NCBI GenBank assembly: GCA_002104945.1
Contig: MCFH01000007.1
Span: forward strand, 186,001-250,000
Reading direction: 5' to 3'
DNA from: Piromyces finnis finn
Taxonomy: Eukaryota > Fungi > Neocallimastigomycota
Length of the DNA: 64,000 nt
This document shows, one piece after another, positions 13,771 to 26,290 of this stretch. The notes below the pieces were generated by a model. That model was not told where the DNA came from and made no database searches. It saw nothing but the letters and a program-made list of their open reading frames with translations. Made by a program: the position numbers and the translations under genes. Position 1 is the stretch's first letter, and every line of letters begins with the position of its first letter.

Positions 13771-16700
13771 ATGGTAGAAAACGCAGAAAACGAGGCAAGC
13801 ACGGATAATTTATATGATAATGATGAATCGGTATCACCAACATCAAATAATAATAAAAAAACTGAGAAAATATCACTATCTCCTCATGGCTATTTATCAG
13901 ATTTATTTTTTTTATGGGTTTTCAGGTTCATAAGATTATGCAAAAGCTTTGATGTAAATAATATTCAATTACTACTAGGAAAGACAGAAACAGCAAAATA
14001 TATGGGAAAAAAACTATATAAATCCTGGAGATATGAAATAGGATCTCATTCAAGGTATCATTAAAAAAATTATTATTGAACAATATAATTCTTATTACAG
14101 TTAGTTTAATATGAAGAATTATCGAAAATTTTAAAATAAGAAAATTGATACAAAAAAAGTTTAAAATTTAGCAAAAATAAAATGATATATTAATTAATTA
14201 TTAAGATTTTTTAATTAATACAGAAAAAAAATAAATAAATAAATTTCACTTCTTAATTTATTTAGAATGGACAATATAAAAGAAATACAAAGAATGGAAT
14301 TTTATAACAATTTTATAATAATATTCTAGATGGATTTTAAATTAAAATTTCATTAATGTTATATTAATCTTAAAATAATAAACATTTCTTTATCTTTCTA
14401 TTTAAAAAAAAAAAATAAATAAAAGTACATTGTACATTTTTCAATAATCATTATATTTTAAATTTTTATTATGTTTATTATTTTATTTATAATAACATCT
14501 TAAATTAAATACTATGCAGACAACCTTCAGTTTTGAGATCATTATTTCGAGTATTAGGTAAGAATTTTGCGTTATTGGCAATCTGGAAAGTATTTTGGAT
14601 TTTCTTTACATGGTGTGGTGCCTATTGGTTATTAAAGCAAAGTATTTTATATATTGAAAATTATCATGACCCTCAAAAAAAGAATGAACCTGAATATGCT
14701 GGACACTTATATGCATTAGGATTATTGATATCTTCAGTGATATCATCGATATGTTTTCACCAACTTTATATTCATGGAACAAAAATTGGTATTCAAGTAA
14801 TTATCTTAAAATTAAATACATATATCTATTTATATAAATACAATAATTAATAATTTTATATATTATTAAAAGAAAAAAAAAAATAAGTAAAATAATTATT
14901 ATATATCGAATTTTCATTAATCTTATATCATTTGACATAATAATAATAAATAACATTAAATAGGCTCGTGCAGGTTTAATGGTACTTATTTATCGTAAAT
15001 CTTTAAAACTAAGTTCATTATCGAATGGTATTGGAAATATTGTTAATTTAATTTCCAATGATTGTAACCGAGTAGCTGAAATTTGCATTAATTTCCATTT
15101 CCTTTGGTCTTCAGTCATTGAAGCTTTAAGTAATTTATACATTATATAATTAGATTTTTTCTTTAACAATATTAAATAATTTAAATTTTTTTCTAATATT
15201 ATTATTTTTTAATTTTTCATTTATTATAAAATAAAATAAATACAATTATCTTAAAACTACGAATATATTTCAATAATATTAACATTTCGAATATATAATA
15301 ATAGTTATTGTCATTATTGCATTAATAGAAATTGGATATTCAGCTTTACCAGCATTATTTATTATTATATTTGTCTTATTACCATTACAAATTTTTTTAC
15401 CAAAATATGCATCAACTACTTCACTCAAAACTACTTTTGCCGTCACAAAACGTGTTCAATTGATGTCAGAAATTTTAACAGTTATGCGTCTTATTAAGAT
15501 GTATGCATGGGAAAAATTCTTTGTAAAAAAAGTAAATGAGGCAAGAGAAAATGAAATGAATCTTATTAAAAAAGCGTTGCGTTATAAAACCATTAGTTTT
15601 ATGATTGTATTTACAGCACCAATGTTAACTACATTTTTATGCTTAATAACCTACCAAACACTAGAAAAAAAGCAAATGAAACCAGCTGTCACATTTACTA
15701 TTTTATCATTATTCAATACATTAAGATATCCGATGACTATGTTACCAACAGCTATTCGTAGTATTATTGGTATATTTCTATATATATATTATTATTATTT
15801 TTATTATTATTATTATTCTTACATAAAAATTACACATTCAGTAAATTATATAGTAAAATTATATAATAATTATCAATTAAAATAATTTTTGTTTATTGAA
15901 ATAAAATAAAATGTTTATTATATAATAATTATAATTATTTATTATTATATAATGATGGAATTAACATAATTAACAATCTATAAAATTAATACATCATAGG
16001 TGCACAAGTTGCATTTAAAAGATTAGATGAATTCTTTATTCTTCCAGAAGCTGAAGATTACATTAATTATGATAGTGGAAAAAATAAAGAAAATGTTATT
16101 GAAGTTGTATGTATAATCAGTAATATATAAAACAAGCTTAAAAAAATTCATATATATTTAAGTTACTTAATTAAAAATGATATACATAATAATCCAATTT
16201 TATTCATAACTAATATAAAATTAAAAAAAGGTTGATGGTTGTTTTGAGTGGCAAGGTTCTGAAAATCCAGCTATTAATAATATTAATTTAAATATTAAAC
16301 ATGGGCAACACGCTGTTATTATTGGTGATTTTGCATCTTGTTCTACATTAATAGCAGCAATTACAGGTCAGATTCGACTAGTATCAGGAAATATTGATAT
16401 TAATGGGTATGTGAATTTATACATTAACATATAATTATTAATTGAATTATATCTATAATAGTATCATATTGCATAATAAATCCGGCAATAAAAGAATTAT
16501 TAGTATACTATAGTAATATAATACTATTATACTATTTTTAATTATTAGATCAATTGGTTATATACCTCAAGAACCATGGATTATTAATGGAACTATACAA
16601 GATAATATTATTTTTGGGCAATCATTTAATGAGGAACGTTATAATAAAATCATTGATTTGTGTCTGTTATCTAGAGATATATCAATTTTCCCACAAGGAG

Positions 16701-19271
16701 ACAAGACAGAATTAACTGATCGTGGAGCAAATCTTTCCCCAAGCCAACGTCAAAAAATTTCAATTGCTAGATGTTTATATAATGAAGCAGATTTGATTTT
16801 AATTGAGGATTCATTTTGGTTAGAATATAAATTTTAGTATAAATGTTTTATAATCAATTAAAATTAAATTTATTGACTTGTATTTAAAAATTTATTTTGT
16901 TATAAATAGTGTTTTTGAACCTCAAGTTGCTAAATTATTATTTAAAAATTGTGTGAAAGAATTCTTAAAAGATAAAGCTATTTTGTTTGTCACACAACAA
17001 AGTCAAGTAAGTCATGAAATGATATTTTTATGGAATTTCCACTATCATTATAATAAATAATATCTAAAATAACTATATATTTATTAAAATAATAAGTTTT
17101 TACCTGAATGTGATACTATTATCATTATTGAAGATGGAGAAAGTATGTATTTTAATAATATATATTAATTTCATATATATAACAACATTTATAAAATATT
17201 TAAAATCAAAGAATTATAATATATTAATGATGAAAATTTCTTAACTCTATTTTTGATGAAAAAAAAAAAAAAAAGTTGTAGAACAAGGTAGTTTTGAGGA
17301 ATTAAAAGAAAGACAAGTTAGTTTTTCACAATTAGTTAATGATGAACAAATTGCATTAGATGATGAATTACTAGATTTCAATAGTAATGAAGAAGTTACA
17401 GATAGTCGTGCAAGATCTGTTCAAGAATATTTAGGTCTTCCAAGTGCAAATAATGGAGATATGACAATTCATCAACTAAATAATTTACAAGTAGAAGTCA
17501 CTGAAGCAACGATATCAAAAATTATAGAAAAGAATCAACGTTCAGTATTATCCGGTGCTCGTGTCTTATCAAATAATCAAGAAACTGTTCATAGAACAAT
17601 TGAACAAAATCAACTAACAATGCATAGTATTTTAGATATTGATGCAAATATAAATCGCCAAAATGAAACTGATATTACCTATAAATCAATGTACAAAAAA
17701 GCTTATATTAGTTATATAAAAAGTGCTATCGGTATACCCTTAACTATATTATTATTGATATTCTTTATTGTTGTACACTCCTTAAGATTTATTAGTGGTA
17801 TGAATTCAAATGAAAATGTTTTGTGTTTATAATATAAATATATTTATACTTATATAAGTTAATAATTAATCATTGTTAATACTTTCATTATAAAATTAAT
17901 AACTAAAATAACATATTTAATATTTATTAGATTATTGGTTAAAATACTTCATTGATAAAGATATGGACAATATATATTTATTAATTTATGCTGGTCTCAC
18001 TCTTGGTTTGGTTGTAGGAGCTATGATACGTGGATTTTTATTCTGTTCTGTTATTGCAAAGAAAAGTCAATCATTCCATAATGGAATCTTTAATGTAAGC
18101 ATATAAATAATCATGTTTTTTCTATTTTTTTATATTCATTTCAAAAATTCTATTTATATATATATATAATTAAAAAATATCAGAAAAATAATGATTAATA
18201 ACAATATATAATGTTTAAAAAAAAAAAAAAAAACATTTATTATAAAGTCTATTATGAGAGCACCAATGTATTTCTTTGATACAACACCATTAGGTCTAAT
18301 TTTAGCTGCATTTGCTAAACATTTGTATTTAATTGATGATTATCTCCCTGATACTATTTTCCAATTCTTACATTATTTCCCATTTATTGTTGGAACTGTA
18401 ATTATGGTATTAATTGTTGTTCCATACCTTTGGACTGTAATTATTGTCTTTATTTTTGCCGTTGTTGTCATTAGAACTTATTCTAGATTATCAGAGCATC
18501 GACTAGAACAATTAGAAAGTATGTATTTTTTTAATAATAAATAATAATAAGGATAATAATAATTAATGTATTTATTAATAAATAAAAAATTACAATTGGC
18601 ATTAGGTAATAGTAAAGCTCCATTATTTTTACATCTTTCAACCACATTGGAAGGTTTATTTAGCATTAGAGTTTATAGAACACAAGATAGATTTACCCAT
18701 TTGTACAAAACACTTGTTGATGAAAATCATAAAGCTCTTTTCTCTTTAATGTTTGGTAAAAATTAAATTTTATATATAAGAATTTATTTGAAAACTAAAT
18801 TTAGTTTCTTATTACTATTACTAATTATTTTAACTCATTTAATATTAATGTAGTTAAAACATGGGTTTCTTTCTATATTGATATTGTAGCATCAATATTT
18901 ATATATGTTGCCGCATTATTTTTAATATTATTTAAAGACTCCAACTTTTCTTTAACAGAAGTAACACCATCATCTACTGGTTTAGCTTTATCAAATGTAT
19001 TACAATTATTAGTCTTTTTACAATGGTTAATAAGAGCTATAAGTGATATTCATGGTGCAATGTATAGTTGCTCAACTTTAAGAATGTATACAGATCATGT
19101 TCCTTGTGAGGTAATATAGATATATAATGAATCATTATAATTATAATTGGTATTCTTAAACTGTATTAATATAATAAAATAAAAATAAAAGGCACCTGCA
19201 ATTGTAAACAGTAACAGACCACCAGAAGATTGGCCATCAAATGGAAAGGTAATAAAAAAGGAGAATACTAT

Positions 19272-19330
<59 letters not shown>

Positions 19331-19360
19331 TTTGATTCAATATAAATATTTAATACTATA

Positions 19361-19419
<59 letters not shown>

Positions 19420-20720
19420 AAAATATTATATATATAGATCGATTTTAGAAATGTTGTAGTAAGATATTATCAATATTCTATTGCAGTATTAAAAAACATT
19501 ACATTTAGTATTAGAGCTCATGAAACAGTTGGTGTGGTAGGAAAGAGTGGTATGTATCCTATATGTGATATTATTATATTATTTAAAAATTCTATTAATA
19601 ATAAAATCTTTCAATTTACCTTAAATAGAAAGTGGAAAAACAACATTAATGATGAGTTTATTAAGAATGGTAGAAGCTTCTGAAGGAAGCATATATATAG
19701 ATGGATTAAACATAAGAGATATGGGTTTACATGATATCAGAAGCCGTATAGCTATTATTCCACAAGGTTTTTTTTATATAATTTATTATTACAATTATTA
19801 ATTAATATGCAATTATTATAAACTTTAATTTAACTAATTTAATACTGACATCTGAAAAATGATGTTTAGAACCTGTACTATTTGCTGGTACTATTAGATC
19901 AAATCTTGATCCATTCGAAAGATTATCTGATAATGAAATATGGCAAGGTATACAATTATTAGACCTTTTTTTTATTTTTAATATTAAAATTATAATAGAA
20001 ATAGAAATTCTATAGTTTATGAATGCTAAAACTTAAATATTTTTATAAATTAATTAAGCCTTATCAGATGTGCATATTGCTGAGAGTATAGAGGAGATGC
20101 CATTAAAACTGGAAACACAGATTATAGGTATAATTTTAATATATTAATTGTATTATAGAATTGAATATTATATATATTAATATTTCGCTCTAAGATAATT
20201 TAAATTACTGAATTCTTAAATGATTAATAAAATAATTGAATTAAAAATTTTGAATTTTAGAAAATGGAAGAAACTTTACATTATCACAACGTTTATTATT
20301 TATGATCGCTAGGGCAATCTTATTAAATACAAAGATTGTCGTATTAGATGGTATATAAATAATACATATAAAAATGCATTAAATGCTTATAAAAATATAT
20401 ATATTCTCCTATATAGAATTTTTGTAACTTATTAAAACTATAAAATTATTAATTATTTTAGAGCCACTTGCTGCATTAGATTATGAAACAGGTGAATTAA
20501 TACAAAATACAATATGGAAATGTTTTGAAAATAAAACATTAATTATTATTGCTAGTCAATTAAGTCATATCATGAAAGCTGATAGAATTATGGTATTAGA
20601 AGGAGGTGTGTTTTAAAAGATAATAAAAATGTTTATTCCATTAAAATATTTTATTGCTATTTTAAAAATAAAAATACTTCACTACTATGATATTGTTACT
20701 AATTAGAATATATTATATTA

Positions 20721-20751
<31 letters not shown>

Positions 20752-21241
20752 AGGTCGTGTAACAGAATTTGATACACCTTACGGATTATTATCTAATCCA
20801 AATGGCTCCTTTACAAGAATCATAGAACAATCAGGTGATTTGGAAGCACAAAAAATAAAAAAAGATATTTTGTCAAAATTTATGCCACCTAAAAGCAATG
20901 AATCAGGATTGCATGTTATGTTTAAAGAAGATCCAAATCATGTTAGTAAACATGCTAATAAATTGAGTCAAAGTAGCAAACCACAATCAACACCAATGCC
21001 AAAATCATTAGAAAATGTATTTTATAATATTAGAAATAATTCTGAAACTATTAAAAACACCTCAAGTAGTTCCCAAAATACTGGTGGTTATACCAATTTA
21101 TTGAGTTTATATATTAATCCAAATGAGACAAAGGAAACTAAAGAGGAAAACAAACCAAAAACTCAAGAAGAAATTGAAAGAGATATCACTAATAGAAGAT
21201 CTGACGACTTTTTACGTGATAATAATATATTTATTGAATAA
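13771..21241 (+). CDS. ABCC/MRP-type ABC transporter (TMD1-NBD1-TMD2-NBD2, no TMD0), about 20 exons, degenerate nucleotide-binding motifs
   Basis: Exons encode ABCC hallmarks: [108 protein letters not shown]. Splice phases are consistent across the NBD exons checked. Confidence 0.93.
19269..19415. repeat. Adjacent intronic (TATT)n and (ATT)n microsatellites
   Basis: Perfect tandem arrays at about 19269-19333 and 19361-19415, in ABCC intronic sequence. Confidence 0.95.
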
Positions 21242-21618
21242 AACGTATATCCCTTTTTTTTCTTTTTACTTTTAATTTTTTTTCTTTATTAAACAAATAT
21301 TATTATAGAATAATAATAATAATATGAGTGTAATTATATATATGTTATTATATATAATACATTTAATTAATTATAATCAATTTTAATTTTTAATTTTATA
21401 TTATTAATATAATAGAAATTTCATTAACTTTACATACACATCTTTATAGAACATCAAAATAAAAGTATATAAAAATAACATAAAATTTTTTAATTATACA
21501 AAAAATATATATAACTATTTATTTAAATTTCAGTAAAAAAAAATTAATATTTAAAGTTTTAAAATTTCTTGTACTACAAATAATTTATATTAATATATAC
21601 AAATATAATACATTTAAA

Positions 21619-21668
21619 GTTTATTTAGTTATTTATTTATTTATTTAGTTAGTTAGTTAGTTAGTTAG

Positions 21669-21711
<43 letters not shown>

Positions 21712-21759
21712 TTCATTCATTTATTCATTCATTCATTTATTCATTTATTCATTCATTCA
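21619..21759. repeat. Compound tetranucleotide microsatellite (TTTA / GTTA / TTTA / TTCA blocks)
   Basis: The 4-bp period is maintained while the unit changes in blocks. Confidence 0.9.
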
Positions 21760-23004
21760 GTTAACAACTGGTATTATTATTTATATAAAAAACAATACTG
21801 TATAACATATATATAAGGAGTTGTGATATTTAAATATTAAATAAAAAAATATGATAAGTCTTTATACTTAAATATTTAATAAGTTGACAATGTAATAACT
21901 TAAAAGCTTAATATATTATAAATTTAAAAATAATAATAGCTTAATATAAAATACTTTTTTATATACTTAATATTTATAATCACTAATTTTTTTTTAAAAT
22001 ATGAAAGGGTTAAAAAAAAATTTCATATAAAAATATATTAAATTTAACAAAATATTTTAATTATCAAAAATTTAATTAAAAAATAAATTTATATTAAAAT
22101 AAATTTAAAAACGAAATTTATTAAATATAATTTTAATAACATTAAATTTTCTTTATCATCTATATTTTTTATATTATTTAAGAGGAAAAATATCATTTTT
22201 CAATATTTTTGCCTTATTAGAAATTAAAAAAAATTATAGTAATATATTTAATGTAAGCATTAGAAAAGTATTTTTATTTTGTCTCATAATAAACGATAAT
22301 GATTCTTATAATAATTAAATTAAATAAAATAATTATATTGAAAATAACTAAAAGTGAAAATATATATTTACATCTCAATATAAAACAATGAAAATAAAAG
22401 ATATAAAAGAAAAAGAGAGAAAGAGAGAAATAATATAATCACAAAATCAGTTATGAAAATTAATTTAATTTTAAATAATAAATTTTATATCAAATTATAA
22501 TGTAATAAAAATAAAATAAAAATTATCATCAATTGAAAATAGTAATGAATGAATTAATATCCATAACAATAATCTAGAATATAAATATATAATATATTTC
22601 TATATATGTTTATTTATAATAAGTAAATTGACATAAATATATAGCCATTGTATTAATTAAAATTAATTAAAACTTTTTGAAATATTTAACATTTTTTAAA
22701 AAAAAAAAAAAAAGAAAGAAAGAAATGTATAGCTACTATTAATAAAATAAAAAATATTATTTGAATAATTGAAACATACTATTTTAAAATAATTAAAATA
22801 TTTTTACTACTAATATTTTGAATCTTTTACTTAAATTATATAAATTGTTACACGTAATACTAATAATTAAAATTATACATTTTATTTATATACATATATA
22901 ATATTTCAATATGAAATAAAGTAAAATATAGTAAGAAAAAATAATAAAAGAAAGAATACCAAAATAAAAATTAATTATAATAATAAGTATTAAAATATTA
23001 CAAA

Positions 23005-25361
23005 ATGGACATGCAATCAGCTAGTAGCAGCAGTTCAGATTTATCTAGTACAAGACCTAGAATTCCTGATTATTTACTAGATACACCAATTTGTCAAGCA
23101 AAAAAGAAAATGAAATTAACAAAAGACCAAACTGGAACCATGCCAATTCAACTTCCAACTCAATGGAATCCAAAAGATAAATGTTCACTTTTAGAGTTAT
23201 CAAAAGGAAATTTAAGAGTTTCATATAATGGTAAATTTTATATAAAAATAATATTACTTGAAGTATTATACATAAAGACATATAAAAATCTAATTAAATC
23301 AATTAAATGTAAGGTACTGGTAAGACTGATGGTGATGCTGCTGCAGTCAGAGCTAATTATCCAATGCCATATCAATGTGGTTTATTTTATTTTGAAGTTA
23401 CCATTATTAATAAAGGTCGTAATGGGTAATTGTTAATGTTAATGTTAATGTTACATTAAAGAATATATAATTTATATATAAAATTTTAAATTGTAATTTA
23501 TATTAAAAAGTATTTATTTAAACTATATATAATTATTTAGTTATATCGGAATTGGTTTTTGTACCGCTTCCGTAGATTTAAAGAAACTTCCAGGTTAATA
23601 TTATATTTATTGATTTATTTATTAATTTATTCACTGATTTGTTTTTTAACTATTATTAACTATTATTAATGAATTGTGATTATATTATTAAATCAATCTG
23701 GTATTTATAATTACCCAAAAAAGGTTGGGAAAACTATTCATGGGGTTATCATGGTGATGATGGACATTCCTTCTGTTTCTCTGGTACCGGTAAAGCTTAC
23801 GGACCAACTTTCACAACTAAAGATACTATTGGTTGCTGCATTAATTTTATGGATATGACAGTTTTTTACACAAAGAATGGTGTTAATTTAGGTATTGCAT
23901 TCCGTGATATTAAAAATGATTATTTATATTTCCCAGCTATTGGTCTTAGAACACCTGGTGAAGTTGTTGAAGCTAACTTTGGTCAAAAGAAATTTAAGTT
24001 TGATATTGAAAATTGTATAAAGGTAATAGAAAAATTAATGTTAAAAAAAAAAAAAGTTATATATATATAATAAATATTATTTACAATTACTTATTTAATA
24101 TTATACAATTAATTTATATATTTCTCCATAAAAATATTTAAATACATATCACTAAAACATTATAAATCTATCCCACCTATAAATAATATAAATAATATTT
24201 ATTTGAATTGGATTTATTAATAAAATATTTAAATATAAATATAAATAATGTTGTAATTTATATGCAATCAGGAAGAAAAAGCAAAATTATGGCACTATAT
24301 TAATTCAATTGATTTACCAATAATAAAACCAGATTATTCTAATATAATAAATAATAATAAATCATCTAATGGATTAAACGAACTTGTTTTACAATATTTG
24401 GTTCACCATGGTTACAGTGAAACCGCTCAAACATTTTATAATAACGCTTTTGCTAAAAGTGACAAAGCTAATAAACAAAAAGAAGAAAATAATATGGAAG
24501 AATGCGATATTGTCGGTGCTGGTGGTTTGAGTGGAATTGCTAATAAAAGTAATGAAATGATTAATATGGAAAGTTTAAAGAATCGTCAACGTAAGTAAAT
24601 TTGTAGATCTTTATATAACAATTCTTAACTTTAGAAGAAATATATATAATGTTACAATAGATATGAAACAATTACTAATTATTAGTTTATCTAAATATAC
24701 ATATATATAATATACAAAATAAAATTAATATTTGAATTATGAAAATTTATTATAAAAAATGTTATGCTAAAATAAAAATAGGCATAAAAGACTTTGTTTT
24801 AAAAGGTGATATTGATTCTGCCATTGATTTAACCAATCGTTTATACCCAACTGTTTTGGAAAATAATGATATATTATTATTCAACCTTCGCTGTAGAAAA
24901 TTTATAGAAATGATCCGTAAGAATGAAGAATTAGATATTAGTACAGACACAATAGATGATGATGCTATGGATGTTGATGATGATAAAAGCAAAAATATAA
25001 GTCAAAAAATAATCGAAACAATGAAATATGGTCAAGAACTTCAGAATTTATATGGAGAAGACGAAAGAGATGAAATTAAAAATACTTTAACTGTAATATT
25101 AATAACATAATATTATATTAATCAGATATATTAAATTAATAATAATAATCTAACATTATAAAATCTCTAATCTCTATTCTAAAAATACTATACATTATAA
25201 TAGGAAACATTTTCTCTATTCGCATATGAACATCCAAATAATAGTGTTTTAGCATATCTTCTTGAACCTTCAAGGAGAGAAATCGTCGCTAACCAATTGA
25301 ATGTAGCAATACTTGGTATGTATATTTAGAAATTAAAAATAAAAATAATTATATTCTTTTT

Positions 25362-25432
<71 letters not shown>

Positions 25433-25579
25433 TATAACAAAATAGAATCACAAGGTGAACCAGCAAGTCCAGCAATTGAAACATTATATAGACAAAGTGC
25501 TGTAGCAGTAAGAGAACTTGTAAAATATAATGTAGGAGCAGCTGCATTCATCAATGTTAAAAAGGATTGTCTTATGTAA
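23005..25579 (+). CDS. RANBP9: RanBP9/RanBP10 (Gid1/Vid30-like) SPRY-LisH-CTLH-CRA scaffold of the GID/CTLH E3 ligase, multi-exon
   Basis: SPRY: [10 protein letters not shown]...AAAVRANYP...FYFEVTII...WGYHGDDG...[13 protein letters not shown]...[17 protein letters not shown]. LisH: [22 protein letters not shown]: GDIDSAI...[17 protein letters not shown]: [19 protein letters not shown]. Confidence 0.95.
25357..25433. repeat. Intronic (TTTA)n microsatellite
   Basis: Perfect tandem array in the last RanBP9 intron. Confidence 0.95.
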
Positions 25580-25643
25580 ATTTTCTGTATACAAATTTAT
25601 TATTGAATAAATAAAGCATAATTAAATATAAGAATTAATATAA

Positions 25644-25676
<33 letters not shown>

Positions 25677-26290
25677 TATGAACAAATAAAAAAAAAAAAA
25701 AAAATTAATGATAAAAATTAAATAATACAAATATATCATAAGATTCTTTGATTATATTATATTCATTATATTAAATTATAATAAATGTTTATATAAAATA
25801 AAAATTAAAAAAATAAAAATAAAAGTAAAAAAAAAAAATTACTATTATGTAATATTAATAAGAAACAAATAATCTATTTATACAATAAACACAATAAACA
25901 TAAATATTAATAAAGTTATTTTTCGAATTTATTAATTTACAATAATTTTTTTATTTTAAATAAAATTCATGCTTTCATCTCAATATTAAAAGAATCTAAA
26001 AAAAAAAAGAATATTAAAAAAAAAAAATAAAAATTAAATTACTTTATAAATATTTTTCTTAATATTTTAATATATATTAATTAATATTATGTTGTATAAT
26101 AAAATGTATATTATAAATAAAAGTTTATTATATATAGTATTAAATAATACTTTTTTCATTGTCAAAAAATTAATAATTTAAGTATTTATAAGAACCATTA
26201 AAATTATAATTTTTTTTTAATACAAAACAAAATTAAAAAAAAAAAAAATTAAAATTAAAATACTGAAGCTTTACAAATTATATAAATTAT

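Noticed and set aside
13646-13876. Antisense or overlapping short ORFs here and opposite RanBP9, CEP135, DUF998, the LEU fusion, RPL6 and the LINE
   Set aside because: Shadow frames of real genes or translations of microsatellites (poly-L/I/V); no independent coding signal.
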